Shown here: positions 1 to 14,192 of the stretch, piece after piece | Layout of the letters: every line of letters starts with the position of its first letter | Numbering within the stretch: position 1 is the first letter of the stretch | From: the human T2T-CHM13v2.0 reference genome, Homo sapiens | Assembly (NCBI RefSeq): GCF_009914755.1 | Contig: NC_060935.1 | DNA: 64,000 bases | Direction: 5' to 3' (one strand) | Notes under the pieces: model-generated | Database searches by the model: none | The model's input: the letters and a program-made list of their open reading frames with translations, nothing else | Told to the model about the DNA's origin: nothing | Translations under genes and position numbers: made by a program

Positions 1-142
1 TTAAAGGATGATGAAATTATAAATGTTCTATATAATGTGATATTGAAATGACCTGATAATTATTTAGGTCCTCTGTCGCTTACTCAGTGGCATAACTCAT
101 AAAAGACAGACTGCATTTTCATTTCAAATTCCACTTTTTTTC

Positions 143-434
143 AGCCGGGCACGGTGGCTCACGCCTGTAATTCCAGCACTTTGGGAGGCCAAGGTGGGTG
201 GATCACCTGAGGTCAGGAGTTTAAGACCAGTCCGGCCAGTATGGCAAAACCCCATTTCTACTAAAAATACAAAAACTGTGTGGTGGCAGGCACTTGTAAT
301 CCTGGCTACTTGGGAGGCTGAAGCATGAGAATTGCTTGAACCCAGGAGGCAGAGGTTTCAAGGAGCCGAGATCGCGCCACTGCCCTCCAGCATGGGGGAT
401 AGAGCAGGATTCTGTCTCAAAAAAAAAAAAAAAA
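143..434 (+). mobile_element. AluS SINE
   Basis: GCCGGGCACGGTGGCTCACGCCTGTAA... dimeric Alu with GGATCACCTGAGGTCAGGAG and a poly(A) tail at 419-434. Confidence 0.95.
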
Positions 435-1367
435 TCCAATTTATCAATCTCCAGGTAACCTCTCATAGTCAAAACTAAAACCAGGTCAATTGCTTTGTTG
501 TGTCTTAAAGAGATGCTGATGAATTCAAGGAATCTTGAAAACAGAAACATTTCATTTTTCCGATACTCAGTCTTGCTCTTTTCTCTTATTACTAAGCAAC
601 TTTGCATGAAAACAGACTCTGTTTTATAAATAGAACATTGTGCAAGGTTTTCTAGAGGTGTCTGCTAAAAATAAAGCAGGTTATAGTTTACTTCTTTATA
701 GCTTTCAAAACAAAACAGCCTAAGCTTGACTAAATTTGCTATATTTCATTTTTGAAAGGTATCTTTATGTGAGCCAGGTCTGATTTCTTGAAATGAAATT
801 CCCCAGAAGTTAGATTTCCTATATTTACACAAGGCATGCCTGTGCAAAGTAATGACACTAGTTTTTTTTTAAAAACATACGCCCTAGAATGAATACAACT
901 TAGTGATGCTATACTTCCACCCTATAAAATACACAATTCTTTTTTGAAAATTGCTTATTTGAAGAGTAAAATAAACATTTTGATGTATATATTTCTAGGT
1001 TATCTGCTCACAAATCAACAGCATTACTTTGAAGCTAAAGTACAGGTCCCCAACTTGTGAATTACATTCTAAACTATTTCTAGGTTGCCTGGTTGGAGCT
1101 AAAGTGTCATGGTATGGAAACAATGCTAGGTTCCCAGGCAAGTCCCCAGGAGCCAAGCTAACTGATATGATAACATACAATGTTAGAACAATGTGAACGT
1201 GGAAAAAAGCCTCTAATCTTCAGCTTTTGATACTAGGCACATGTTTCTCCTTGCACTGTTCTGATGGGGGTCCCCAATCTCCAGTTCGGTGATGGCTCTA
1301 GAAGCTGGGTACAGGGACTATGAGTTGGAGAGAGGTGAACCAAGGTTTCCTGGTGTAACTTTTAAGG

Positions 1368-1851
1368 GTAGTGTTTCTCATACTATGACCAATAAATCTG
1401 ATTTGCTGAGATTGTTACAGATCAGAAAGGGTTCTATGGTTAAATAAGTTTGAGAAATGTTCCTGCATTTTCCCTCCAATTTTAAGGTATAAAGTGAACA
1501 TTACCATAGTAAAGATTCTGAGATACCCTGCAGAAAAGAAGCCTGTTTGATGTAATGGATCCTGTTCTAAACATATTGGACCCCCTATAAATTCTGTTTC
1601 ACTTTTTTAAAATAATGGCTATTCATAAGAGCTAACATTTACATAAAGCTTGCCATGTAGCATGTACTATATGAAACATTACACACAGCATCTCTTTGAG
1701 GTGAATGCTGTGATTAACCTTATTTTACAGATGAGGAAACTGAGGCAAAAAGAGGCTAAAGATTTCCAAAGTCACAGGGAGATGTGCTTAACTACCATGC
1801 CAGAATAAACCCTGGAAGCCGATCTCCTTGAATGTCACTTTAGGAAACATT
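1368..1851. mobile_element. Old hAT-Charlie-type non-autonomous DNA transposon, apparently interrupted by a MIR
   Basis: Contains AAAGGGTTCTATGGTTAAATAAGTTTGAGAAA and TCTGAGATACCCTGCAG-like core; resembles the 9117-9369 element in opposite orientation; degenerate TIR-like ends. Confidence 0.5.
1610..1780 (-). mobile_element. MIR SINE
   Basis: Reverse MIR core TTTTACAGATGAGGAAACTGAGGC. Confidence 0.8.
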
Positions 1852-2045
1852 ATCCAAAGGGCAGGTCCACCCCGTCACTGCTTTCTTTTCTCACATTGGT
1901 CCCTCGCTATCATGTCTCAAGCCCATGATTATTCTGAAGCTGTAGTGGGAAATTTTCAAAGGGATAAAAGTTTCTCTCTTTTGCAACAGAGATAGATAGA
2001 AAATTCGTTCACATTTCAGAGGAAATCTAGGCTTACTCTATCCTA

Positions 2046-2495
2046 GTATATTGGTTTCCTATGGCTGCTGTAACAAAACAACCCACATTTATTATCTTAT
2101 AGTTCTGAAAGTCAGGAGTCCAAAATTAGTCTCACTGTACTAAAACCAAGGTATTGGCAGGGCTGGTTTCTTTTGGAAGCTCTGAGGGAGAATCTAATTC
2201 CTTGCCTTTTACAGCTTCTAGAGGCTTCCCACATTCCTTGGCTCCTGGCCCTAAATTACTCTGACTTCTGCTTCTGTGGCCACAACTCTCACTCTGACCC
2301 TCCAGCCTCCCGGTTGTGGGGACCCATGTGATTACACTGAGCCCTCTCCACTAATCCAAGATAATCTTCCCATCTCATGACCCTTAATTTAATCACACCT
2401 GCAAAATCCTCTCTTCCATGTAAGGTAACATTCACATATTTCTGGGATTAGGATGTGGACATCTTTAGGGCAGGGTCATTATGCTGCCTACCACA
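2046..2495 (-). mobile_element. MLT1 (MaLR) solo LTR, MLT1C-like
   Basis: Starts tattggtttcctatggctgctgtaacaaa and ends attatgctgcctaccaca, the reverse complement of MLT1 termini. Confidence 0.85.
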
Positions 2496-4550
2496 TTGGC
2501 ATGTCACTACTGATGAGCTGAAGAGGAGGTGGGCAGGGATCCAGAATTCGCAGGGGAAGGGGGAAGAGACAAGGTCATGGGGCATATCCCTTCCTCACTT
2601 GCCCCTCTTACCATCACCAGCTCATCCACAATAGCCCCTGAACAGCAGAGGTGAGATAAAAAGAGGAGTGCAGGGCTGTAATTCTCAAACCATGGTGTGT
2701 TTACCCCCAGGAAGTAACAACTGGATCCACAGATCATCCTGGTTTATCATCCTGGAGCAATAATTTTCATTTAAGATATTGAGAATTTTCTAATTTAAAT
2801 CACAATTTTCATATTAATACAAGCTTGTGCATTTCCAGTTCTGCATAAAAACATTTAAAAGCTCTTCCTAGTTGCCAGAGTACACGGAGATAACACAGTC
2901 TAACTCCAATAATAATAGTGATATTTAAATAAATTGATACCTATGAAATGCTTAGATCAACCTGGCACATAAGAAGCTCTCAGTAAGTGATACCTTTCCG
3001 TTTTGTTGCTATTCACCATCACTGAAACAATTGTACAGTTATCTGCTGGGTACTTTCAATGCATTAGCTTCACAAGAACTCTGGAAGATATAAAGTGCTA
3101 ATTTTTTTTTTCAGTTTTACAGACGATCGAATGAGGAAAGGTCCACAGTGTTTAATCACTCGATTAGGGTCATGCATCTGACTGGTAAAGTTGAGATCCA
3201 AACTCAGATTTGGTTGCCTTCAGAATCCCCAGTTTCAATATTTCTTCTTCTCCTTCAAATTTGCTACCCAAGTTTCTCTGGGGCCAGGACAATGTGTCAG
3301 AATCATGAGTTAAACCAGAATTAGCATAGTTTGCGAGTGCATTCCTAACAGGCCCTTGTTTGTATGCTTTCTGAGTTATTAGTTCTGCAAAGAACACATT
3401 TCTTACTTCCTTATTTTGCCAGTGTTTTAGAAGGCGAGGGACCAGAATTCTGTTCTCTGGAAAGTGGGTTATAACTGCATGGTATCCCATTCTCCCCAGT
3501 CCCCTCTACTCTTTATCTGGTGACACACCATCTCTTATGTGAAATGTCTGCTAGCCAGTCAAATATCTTCTTCTTAAAGCCTTTTAACAAGCACACTATC
3601 AAAAGTGGTGCTGTCTGCCTTTTTCAATAAACGGAAATTTCCAAAAGTCAGGTTTTTACTGGCTTTCCCTGAAACAGAAAACTCTGAACCAGTGGCAGTG
3701 ACACTCGATCACAGTGGCTATACATTTGGAAGCATATCTAATACACACACAAAATCTATGCTCCTTCTGAGGACTCTGGCTAAGCATACTGCAGTGAGAA
3801 GGAGAGAAAACTGTGTTTCAAAATCTCACAAAGTTGAAGAGCAGGAAGTTTTGTGAGTCCAAGAGCAGTGACAGACACTGGACCAACAAAGCCTGACCAC
3901 CCATCATTCACATCCCTTCCCTAGACTGGAATCTCTCCCAGTTTTGTGAGCTGGCAGGAACTGTGGACTGGAATTTCCAGCTCTGCCTCTACCAACCACT
4001 GTCAACTCTGCCCCCAAACCCCAACCTCATGTCAATCTGTGTGCAATGAAATCAGTAAGTGGCAGAGCTGGGATTTGGTCTCAGGTCAGCCTGTCTATAA
4101 ACCTCATGTTTTTTTCCCCCTAACAAGCTACAGGGCAAAGGAGATGAGGAAAACATGCTCAGCATAGCATAGGAGAGATGCTAAGATCAGGAACCAAGAG
4201 ACCTGGGTTTGCAACCTCAGTAGTGTCACCTGAAGTAAGCTTCTAAACTCCTTTATGCGGTGTTCCTTCCTCTGGCTATTAGTGTTAAAGTTTAGCATCT
4301 TTTTTTTTTTTTTTTTTTTTTTTACTAACTGAGAATGTAATCTGCCAACCTGAGATAAGAGAGCTTAGTATTTTAGTATTTGAATTACTTAATTTTCTTT
4401 AGAGTCTGTAAACTCTCTAAACTGTAAACCGCCAGAGGGGAGGCATTTTTGCTTTTGCTGTATCTCCAATAGTCCCTGCCACTTATTGAGTACTTGATAA
4501 ATATTTATGGAATGTAAGAACCAAGTCTGGAAAAGTAGCATCCTGTAATG

Positions 4551-4697
4551 CAATGTTTCTCAAACTTTAGACATCAGTCACTTGAAGCCACTCCAAGGTT
4601 CTGTGGCTATAGGATGGAGCCAAAGAACTTGCACTTCTAACAAGGTCTCAAGAGATGCAGATGCTGCAGTCTTGGGACCAGAGTTTAAGAAGCACTG
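4551..4697. mobile_element. MER5A-like hAT DNA transposon
   Basis: TIR-like ends CAATGTTTCTCAAACTT ... AGTTTAAGAAGCACTG; internal ttctaacaagg...gatgctg. Confidence 0.7.
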
Positions 4698-4702
4698 TTG
4701 CC

Positions 4703-4897
4703 GGGGTTAAGAGCCAGAGTCTAAGGCAACCCTCCTGAATTCAAATCCTCGTTGTTAGCTTCATTTACCTCTCCAGGCATCAGCTTCCTCATCTGTAAAA
4801 ATGCAGATAACAAAAGCACCTACCGCACAAGGTCCATGATGAAAAAGACTTTGAACAGCCTGGAATTTAATAAACATTTTGTTTGCTATTATTATTA
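4703..4897 (+). mobile_element. MIR SINE
   Basis: ggttaagagc...ttcaaatcct...cagcttcctcatctgtaaaaatg...tattattatta tail. Confidence 0.75.
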
Positions 4898-6156
4898 CTG
4901 TGGGAGTTTTCTCTCCTGCTTTGATGTTTTAGCCTGTGCTGTATTTATATTTGTTCTTCAAACAACAAAATGAGTATGTATAATTCAAAAATCCTGGACA
5001 CTGCTGGGACTCACATTTTTCCCATTAAGTCCTAGATGGATTTAGGTCTAGCTGAGTAATGGAGGAGATTTCATATTCAATAAAGCAATATACTTTTAGA
5101 CTTTGAAAGTGAGCACCTATATTTTCCAAATCAGGCAACTTCTAGGTTCTAGAGATAAATAAAGACATCATCTCCTGCCTAAAGAGTGTGACATGATGGC
5201 ATTCTCTGGTTGGTGAATGCCGTGATGGCTGTCACCTCCCTGAAACTGCCTGGGCTGGCTGTGGGAGGGGCAGAGAGCTTCCTCTATTTAAGCGAAGGAA
5301 ATTAGCAGTGAAACAAATTAAAACAACAATCAGATTTAAGTGGCCTCTATCAGGAAATTAACTTTAATGAATATTGTCATCACCAGGCCTACCTCAGCAT
5401 CGCTGGGCTCAAGCATTAGGATGCAATAAAAAACTGGGACCTAAACACTAAGTTACCTACCCACAACTCAGAATGAATTTTCTTTTAACTCCCTTGTGTT
5501 TGTTTTAATACATCCCATTCCCTGTTCATTTAGGTTTTTCTATGATTCTATTAAACAGCTTACACATCTTTGCAAATACGTAAAAGTATGTTAACTGAAC
5601 TAGAAGCTGAAAAAGGGACTGGGAGACAGATTTCCTTGTGTTGTCATTGACTCTTAAGTGAGACCTGAAAGCTTCTATTTTCCCCATCAAATTTCAACCC
5701 TAGAATGGCAAAGAAGACTTGGAAGGGGCTACTCTCTGTTTCTAAGTAAGTCCTTTCCTGTTAGGAGAATAAAAACCTGGCTTGTCACCTAGGCATGACT
5801 CTGAGCTGGGGCTCTTCTGGATCCACACTTATCTGAATACTAGCCTAAATCTAGTCGCCAGCCTTCCTCTACCCAGTTGACTTTTGCACAACCTTCCCTC
5901 TTCATTTAAAACACCTCTAGACTCTGTGCTTTGAAATTTAGTCCTATGGTTCAGCTATCATCTTGAATTATTAACCCTGGAAAATCAAGAGCAGTAAAAG
6001 GGAGGCAGATAGAAGAAATCTGACCTCACCAAAGAATCCCGACTTGTTAACAAAATGTGCCTCCAGAGCCAAGGAGCAGGAATCTCGGGGGAAGCAAAGC
6101 TGATGGGGCCTGAACAACCTAACCCAGTCCAACTGATAGCAGCCCAGGATGAGTAA

Positions 6157-6375
6157 CAGCATAGACTCTGGAGCCAGACAATTGGGTTTGAGTCCTAATT
6201 CCACCACTTAATAGTTGGGTGAACTCTGGCATATCTTCCTGGGCCTCAGTTTCCTAATCTGCATAATGGGTATAATAGTAGTTCTTCCACTTCAAGGGAT
6301 TATAATAAAGCTCAGTTAAAATACGCAAAGCACTTAGAATGGTGCCTGACACACCATAAGCGCTAGGTGTTTATT
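6157..6375 (+). mobile_element. MIR SINE
   Basis: agactctggagccagac...gggcctcagtttcctaatctg...aaagcacttagaatggtgcctgacac. Confidence 0.85.
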
Positions 6376-8227
6376 AAATGAACAAAGTATATTGAGCCCT
6401 ACTATGTGTCAGAGATGACCAAGAAATGACTCTTTTTCTCAAGGAGTTCATGATCCAGTAAAGGAGAGAGACTTGAGAAGAAGTGTGGTGAGTGAGCATG
6501 GAGTGATATACTCATTTATAAGAGCTTCCATTTATTATTTCATTTATCCTATTAGGTACTTTCACATTTGTCCTCTAGTTAATCCCTGCCACAGTCCTGC
6601 AATTGACTTATTGCAGTCTCAAATTACCTATGAAGAATAGGAATAAGAAGGTTTAAGTTAAATTACTGACCTAACGGTCAAACCAAAGTGGCTGAGCTAG
6701 GTTTTGGATGCAAAGTTGTCCAACTTCAACATTTACACTCTTTCCCTTGACAAGATAATGGGGTGAGACACTTGGGAATCTATGTGCCATGTGCTGATGC
6801 ATCACGGTAAAAAATAGGCGGGGCCAGGGGGCAGAAGACCTGCTATTATTTTTTAAACCCATACATAACTGCATAACCTTAGACAAATTGCCAAACTCTT
6901 CTGAGCTTCAGCTTCTTTAGGTGAAAGACATTACTATTCTCGATCCTATCTGTACTACCTGCCAGAATTATTTTGAGATCAATGAAGATAATAAGGGCAG
7001 CCCTAAAAAGCAATTAAAGTGCTAGAGAAGAGTAGGATGCCCTAACTCTAAATCTCAGAGCACAGCAGACTTAAGTGAATCATCTGCCACCCTATCTCTT
7101 CTTTGGCTGTTATCATGAAATCATATCTTAACTAGACTATAAGCTCCTAGCAGGCAGAGATACCATCTTCCCCTTAGCATTTGGCTCAGTGTCAGACTCA
7201 GAGAAGGAACATGCTAAATAGTTGTTAAAGTACAAGACTCCAGCCAAGGAGAAATATCTAAATAGAAGAAGACAAAATGCTTACAAGAAACTCATAGAAA
7301 GATGTGGAATTTGGTGGAAGAAGACAGGTAGGACTAAAACAAATGAATTGGGAAAGGAATGGAGTCTAGTTACGAAGTTTCCTGGGTTCTGATAAATTCA
7401 AGATTAGGCCCTTGTACTTCCAAATTCAGAAAAGAACAAAACCTTCAAACCTCTAAAAGTTTGCCAGTCACTAATTATATGGCAATTATTCTATTTTAGG
7501 CATTTGCTAATGAGATCTGGGAAGTGTCTTAATTACCCAAAATTATGAAAATAATTTCAAACTTGACTCTAGGGCTAGTTTTACTCCACTTAGGAAGTAA
7601 AACCTAAGTGGATGTACACAGGGTTATTTTTTATTAAGAAATAGTCTACATTTGCTGGAACTGTAGACTCAGATGTTTCCTATTACACACTCAAGTCTAC
7701 AGCATCCTGGCACCTTAATGTCTGAAGGTTCGGGCACATTTGCAGTGTCACTATTATGTTCAATAGGCTGCTAGTGGATTTTGGTAATTTTCAGAAAAAG
7801 GCAATTTCTTTGAATTACGGTGCCCTAGAAACCCCAGTCATTGCTGAGTGAGGAGAAGGTAAAGCATAGTACAGAAGTGGCAGTGGAGACAAAAGGGCAT
7901 AGTAAGCATACTATATAATACATGCTTCTTCTCATGAATTGCCTCCTATAGCCCAAGTAAACGAGAACTTCCTCAGATAATACTACATCCTATCTACATT
8001 TATTTACCTTTGTAATTTGTAACCTGTTTTTTGATGTCATAAGAGAAGGGAGTTCAGTATGGTAGCTAAGAGCACAATTCTTAGACCTACTTATTAACTA
8101 TATTGCCTTAAGCAAGTTACTTAACATCTCTGTGTCTCAGTTTTCTCTGGTATAAATCTAGGTGTTCTGTTAATCCTACAGGCAGAATTAGCAGTAATAT
8201 AGGTAAAGACCTTGACATACGTTAGAT

Positions 8228-8760
<533 letters not shown>

Positions 8761-9116
8761 TTCTGGACTCTGGAGCACTGAATGAATGATGGTTATTAGG
8801 GCAGCTGTAGGGCAGGTAATAGCCATTTTACAGAGAAAAGAGAAGCTCAATGAGGTTAACCTCTTTACTCAAGGCAGCAAAACTGGTAGTGCCAGGCCAA
8901 GAATAGGTTCTGACCATCTGACTCCAAGCCCAGTGTTTTTTCCACTGCAGTCTACTGCTGACACGTTCATTTCACTCAATAAACAATCGGAGCTGCCACT
9001 AAATCTGGCTGAGGCCTCTCCTTTGACTTCTGCATGAGGCATGACTGCTTCTAAGTCCTATCAGCTCAGAGTTACCACAATGATGCATGCAGAGGACGCT
9101 AAGAAATACCATTACT

Positions 9117-9369
9117 ACCATGTTTCCCAAAGTGTGTTCTGTGGAATCGTAATATGTCTGGGCTTAAAAACGGGTGCTTTGCTCAAACATATATGTGAAA
9201 TGCTGAGTTAAAGAGGTGTCTTTACTGCAGGACTTCTCAGAGCCTTTAGTACATTGACAAACTCGTGAATCTCCAAGAGGACAGAGTGAGCAGCAAATCT
9301 CAAACCAATCCATTCTCTGGGTTACCGAGCAGAACTAGTGGTCTTCAGAACACTCTTTTGGAAATACTG
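9117..9369. mobile_element. hAT-Charlie-type non-autonomous DNA transposon
   Basis: TIR-like CATGTTTCCCAAAGTGTGTTC ... GAACACTCTTTTGGAAATACTG; core TTTACTGCAGGACTTCTCAGAGCCTTTA. Confidence 0.65.
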
Positions 9370-10976
9370 CTTTTTGGTCTCAGAAATCACATTTTTCCAC
9401 ATCTAGGAAGGGACTATAACTCCCCCTACACAGACGGCATATTTTTTAATTAATTAAAAGAAATTAAAACCAAGGAAATGCCCTTTTAATTACAGCTGAA
9501 GCATATACTGACCAAATAGTTCCCAGGAGTTATTGCTGGAAACACATGCTTTCCAATGCTGCTGAGAAAAGGTTTAAGTAGCAGTTTATTCTCCTCCTAA
9601 TCTTCCCAGACTGTCATAATTCTGGGTTGACCATGACACAATCAAGATCATCTGTTCTATGTGGAAAATCAGAAATGGAACAAGTGAGAGGTCATATTTT
9701 TAAACAACGTCTGCCACAATCCCCTTCCATGAAACCAATCACTTAGAAACATCTGTAATGTATGAAATACTAACAATTGACAATAATCTTGTGGTAGTGA
9801 CTTAATTATGGATCCAAAAGATGCCCCCCTATTCCAGGAGCCTGGCAAAAGATCTGTGATTCTGTGGTTTAGGCTCATATTTCTCTCCCACTTTGTCCTT
9901 TAATTCAATCCCAACTCTGAAAGTAGGAAACATTTCTAAAGCTTCGGCCTCAGCTTTTCCAGCATGACAGCCTTCATTCTCTTGCCCCTTTTTTTTTGCA
10001 TAGGTTTCCCCATTCCTGATTCCCAGTGGGAACAAGTGCTGAGGCCTCATCACAGTTGTCACAGCCCATTCCCCAGGCTAGGTTAGGCTGCTTCTTATTC
10101 CTGATTTATCCCTCTGAAACTCTTATTCACAACCCATGAAACTGCTCCTTCACAGGAGTGTAAGTTCCATGCGGCAGAACCCTGTCTTGTTTACCACTGT
10201 ATCCTTACAGCCTAACTCAGTGCCTGGCATGCAGAAGATGTAAAATAAAAAGTTCAGTTTGTTGATCTCTGGCTCATAGTAAAACTGGCTCAGAGATGGC
10301 CAGAAGGAGCATTTTGTATCTTTTCAAGACACATCGTTTAAGATAAAATGCAAAAACTGTTGGAAAGAAGGTGGGAAGAATGTGAAGAAGAACAGAGAAG
10401 AACTCCCAAAGATGGCAGTTTAAGAAGAAAATTCTGAAACTCCGGAAGGAGAAAAAGATAGAAGAGTGGTCTCCAGACTGAAATACTCAGGGAGTCTTTT
10501 AGAGAACAGAGAAATAGAGCCCAACTAATTAGATCTACATGTGAGTATTTAGTCAAATAAAATCTGTGAATGTTTGGAGACATGTCTCTAATAGGAAAGA
10601 GTCTACAAAAAGCAATAGGGGAAGCTTTGCTGATTGCCCACTATGTGTGAAAAAGTATGTCAGGACAGCAGGGAAAACGGGAGAGACAAGACTCCTTTCC
10701 AGATCCAACCATATCAAGGTCTGATCAGGGAACCAAATGTGAAAATATTTTAAAATAAAGTGATGTGTTGTCATTCACTTATTATTTCACTCATTCAGCC
10801 ACATAACAAATATTACTGAGCATTCACTGTGTATAGCTATCGAACAGTGGCTACAGTGACACAGAGGCTAGAGTGACCAACTCCACCTGGGAGAGTCCCA
10901 GAAAATATCACATTATAGGTAACATTTCAACTAGGTATCAGTTGGGGCTCTTTTCAAAAAAAAGTTATCACCATTA

Positions 10977-11252
10977 AGCCAGGCACGGTGACTCACACCT
11001 ATAATCCCAATACTTTGGGAGGCTGAAGGAGGAGGATAGCTTGAGCTCGGGAGTTGGAGGCCAAGCTGGGGAACATAAACAGATCCCAATTCTACAAAAA
11101 TTGTTTTAAAAAATTAACTGGGTATGGTGGCTTGAGCCTGTAGCTCCAGCTACTCCTGCTTGGGCCAGGAGTTTGAGGCAGTAGCGAGCTATGATCACAC
11201 CACTGCACGCCAGCCTGGTCGACAGCAAAATCCTGTCTCAAGGAAAAAAAAA
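10977..11252 (+). mobile_element. AluJ SINE (diverged, small internal deletion)
   Basis: AluJ-type motifs (GGATAGCTTGAGCTCGGGAG, GAGCTATGATCACACCAC); degenerate TSD ending cattaagc. Confidence 0.9.
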
Positions 11253-11477
11253 TATTGTCATTAAGCTTTCATCCTTATCTTTTTTTAATCAAGTCACATA
11301 AGAAATTCTTCAGACACAATATAAATTTATACTTTCTCTGCTCATAGACACACAGACTCCTGAAACCAATCCTCCACACCTGCTTCTCCATCCACTCTGC
11401 TGGGAACCTAGTGGGAAATGCTACTTTAAAAAAATAATAAATAAATAAAGCATTTATGATGGGAAGATCGTAAACAT

Positions 11478-11700
11478 AATAGCAGTTAACACTAACTGAG
11501 GCTTACTGCTTGCTCCACGTCAGGCATTGGACAGAATTCTTTAAGTGTCAGAGCTTATTATTATTACTGAAGTATCAGTATCTTCTGTTTTCAGTGGAGG
11601 CACCTGGGGTTTAGTAAAGTTAGATAACTTATCCAAGGTCACCCAGCACAGATGGGAGTCAAGCTCTGGTCTGTCTGACTTCAGGGTCAGGCTTTTGTCT
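11478..11700 (-). mobile_element. MIR SINE
   Basis: aacttatccaaggtcacccagc...tctgtctgacttcagggtc, reverse MIR. Confidence 0.65.
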
Positions 11701-13689
11701 CATTGTCTTCCTTATATATCACTTTCTCATTGTAGGAGGGGAGGGAGAGAAAGAGAGAAGACGGGGCAGGGATTGCAGGTGGGAGGGTGGGGAGTGAAAG
11801 CAGACAAGTGATAGACTAAATAATCCAAAAGATGTCATGGTAATTGGAAAGTATCCAGATTGCAGTAGTAAGGACCTGGGTTCAAATCATGGCTCTGTAG
11901 AATGAACTCAGGGAATGAGAAACACTTTGTAGGCAGGTGGAGATAATAAATACTCATCTCCCCCACCATCTTCTATCCTAAGAGGATGACCAGTAACTAG
12001 CGTGATGGATTTTTGTGTTTACTTGAAGATAGTATGAATTACTGACAGTTCTCACCATACGAATGACTGCATAACGAAACAACAAACTCATCTTAAGCAG
12101 AGATGAACCCACCTTATGCTTCTCCATAGTAATCCGAGGCTTGGAACAGTACATTGCCCTCAATCCACATTTGATGAATGGATGAATGCAAATTGTTAAG
12201 GGATACAAGACCTTCTGGAAAAAGCACTAGTTTCAAAGCAAAATAAATGTCTTTTTTGTGTTATTGCTATCTCACAAGAGTTAAAGCCAAAAAATTATTT
12301 TAAAAGAAAATTGACTAAAGCTTATTATAGTAAGTTCAAAAACAAGTCGATAAGCAAATGGCTATTCACTGGAAAAGCAAAAAAGAAGCCAAATGGATAG
12401 CATCCTTGTGTTAAGTGAAAAGTTTGCTCTTAAGGCACAGAAAGGTAGAATAAATGATACTGAGAGAGAGAACTGACCCGGCATGATCTGCATTCCACCT
12501 GCGTTATAACGTAATGAAAATGAAGCCATGTGCTCGGGGCAGGGTTGTCACTTTCAATTGCTCCAAATTGTTTTGCTTGTCTCACAAAATGCTTCAAACA
12601 CATCAAAAGCACTTACCTTCCTGAAGAAGGAGTCCATAACAGGACTGGAAATTAACAGTGGTTTCTAAATTACTCTCAAACACACAGAACATCATTCTAT
12701 TTTTTTTTTTTTTTTTTAGAAAAAACACATTTTTCCAAGATGACCTAATTCCATGATGGCTAAATCCATTTAAAACAAACATTCCAAATAAACTCACCTC
12801 AGGGCTGAAACAAGAAATAAAATGTACATTTACTGTGATTTCAAATAATGTTACAAGTTAAGACTTAAAAAGAGGAAATAAATTAACTCATTAAAAATAT
12901 TTATTATAATCTTGCTCCTTTCTACGTTATTTTTTGGTTCTTTATCTGCACATTTTGGGCTGTGTTGGTTTCTGAGAATCTTCCCCACTTGTTTAATTTC
13001 TTCTAGCTAAAAAATATTTGCAGTAAAACATTAAACAATTTTAGATGTACTGATGGTAGCATTATTATCTTAAATCCCCATCACCATGTTTAATATGGAA
13101 CCAGCCCCTGCACTACCTTAATTAAATAAATTTCAGCATATTCTCCGATTTATTTCTCAGGGATTTCTGGGAGTCAATGATCATCCACATTGGGATAAAA
13201 GAACAGGACATATGGCAATTTCTTAACAGCAAATACATTAATTTCTTTTCCTCTTTGGGAATTGTGAAATTAAGTTTGGGAGAGATGAACAGTTCCTTTA
13301 AAGCTTCCATCTTCTCTTTCACTCCTTTCCCCTGACAACACCTAGTCTAGGTATGCAGTCATTGCCTGAATGACCTGTGACAAAGAAAAAAAAATAAAGA
13401 GAGCAAAATCCAGGCTGGCTTCAGGACAATGTCCACTAGGAGACTCCCCGGGCTGAGGAAGGGCTCTGGGTATGTAAGACTGGCAGAGCTGGAATGTTGT
13501 TCAACCCTCTCTTATAAATGGAAAACAAGGCTCAAAGGGCTAACATGATTTGTTGAAGACCTTCGACTAATACAAAGGAACTAAATTCCATGCCTGCTGA
13601 CTCCCAGACCAAACATCTTTCCATTCTATTGTTAGACTGGTATTCAAGGGATTTGCATTCCAGTCTAGTTGTCACTAATTAGTGTAACC

Positions 13690-14192
13690 TTTTTTCTTAA
13701 TTATGGTAAAATATGCATAACAAATAATTTATCATTTTAACCATTTTTAGTGTAGTTCAGTGGCATTAAGTATACTCACATTATTGTGCAACTATCACTA
13801 CCAACCATCTTCAAAATTTGTTCATCTTCCCAAACCGAAACTACGCATTAAATGATAACCCCCTTCACCCCTAGCCCCTGGCAACTGCCATTCTACTTTC
13901 CATCTTTATGAATTTGACCACTCTAAGTACCTCATACAAGTGGAATAATACAATATACGTTCTTTTGTGTCTGGCTTACCTCACTTAGCATAATGTCTTC
14001 AAGGCTCATCCATGTAGTAGTATGTGTTAGGATTTCCTTCTGTTTTAAGGCTGATTAATATTCCATTTTAGGTATCTATGTTTTGTTTATTCATTCACCT
14101 GTCAGTGGACACTTGAGGTGCTTCCACCTTTTGGCTATTGGGAATAATGCTGCTATGAACCTGGCTATACAAATATCCGTTCAAGTTCATGC
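13690..14192 (-). mobile_element. L1MB-type LINE 3' end fragment
   Basis: Reverse L1M 3' UTR: agttcagtggcattaagta, cccctagcccctggcaac, tcacttagcataatgtcttcaagg, aataatgctgctatgaac. Confidence 0.88.
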
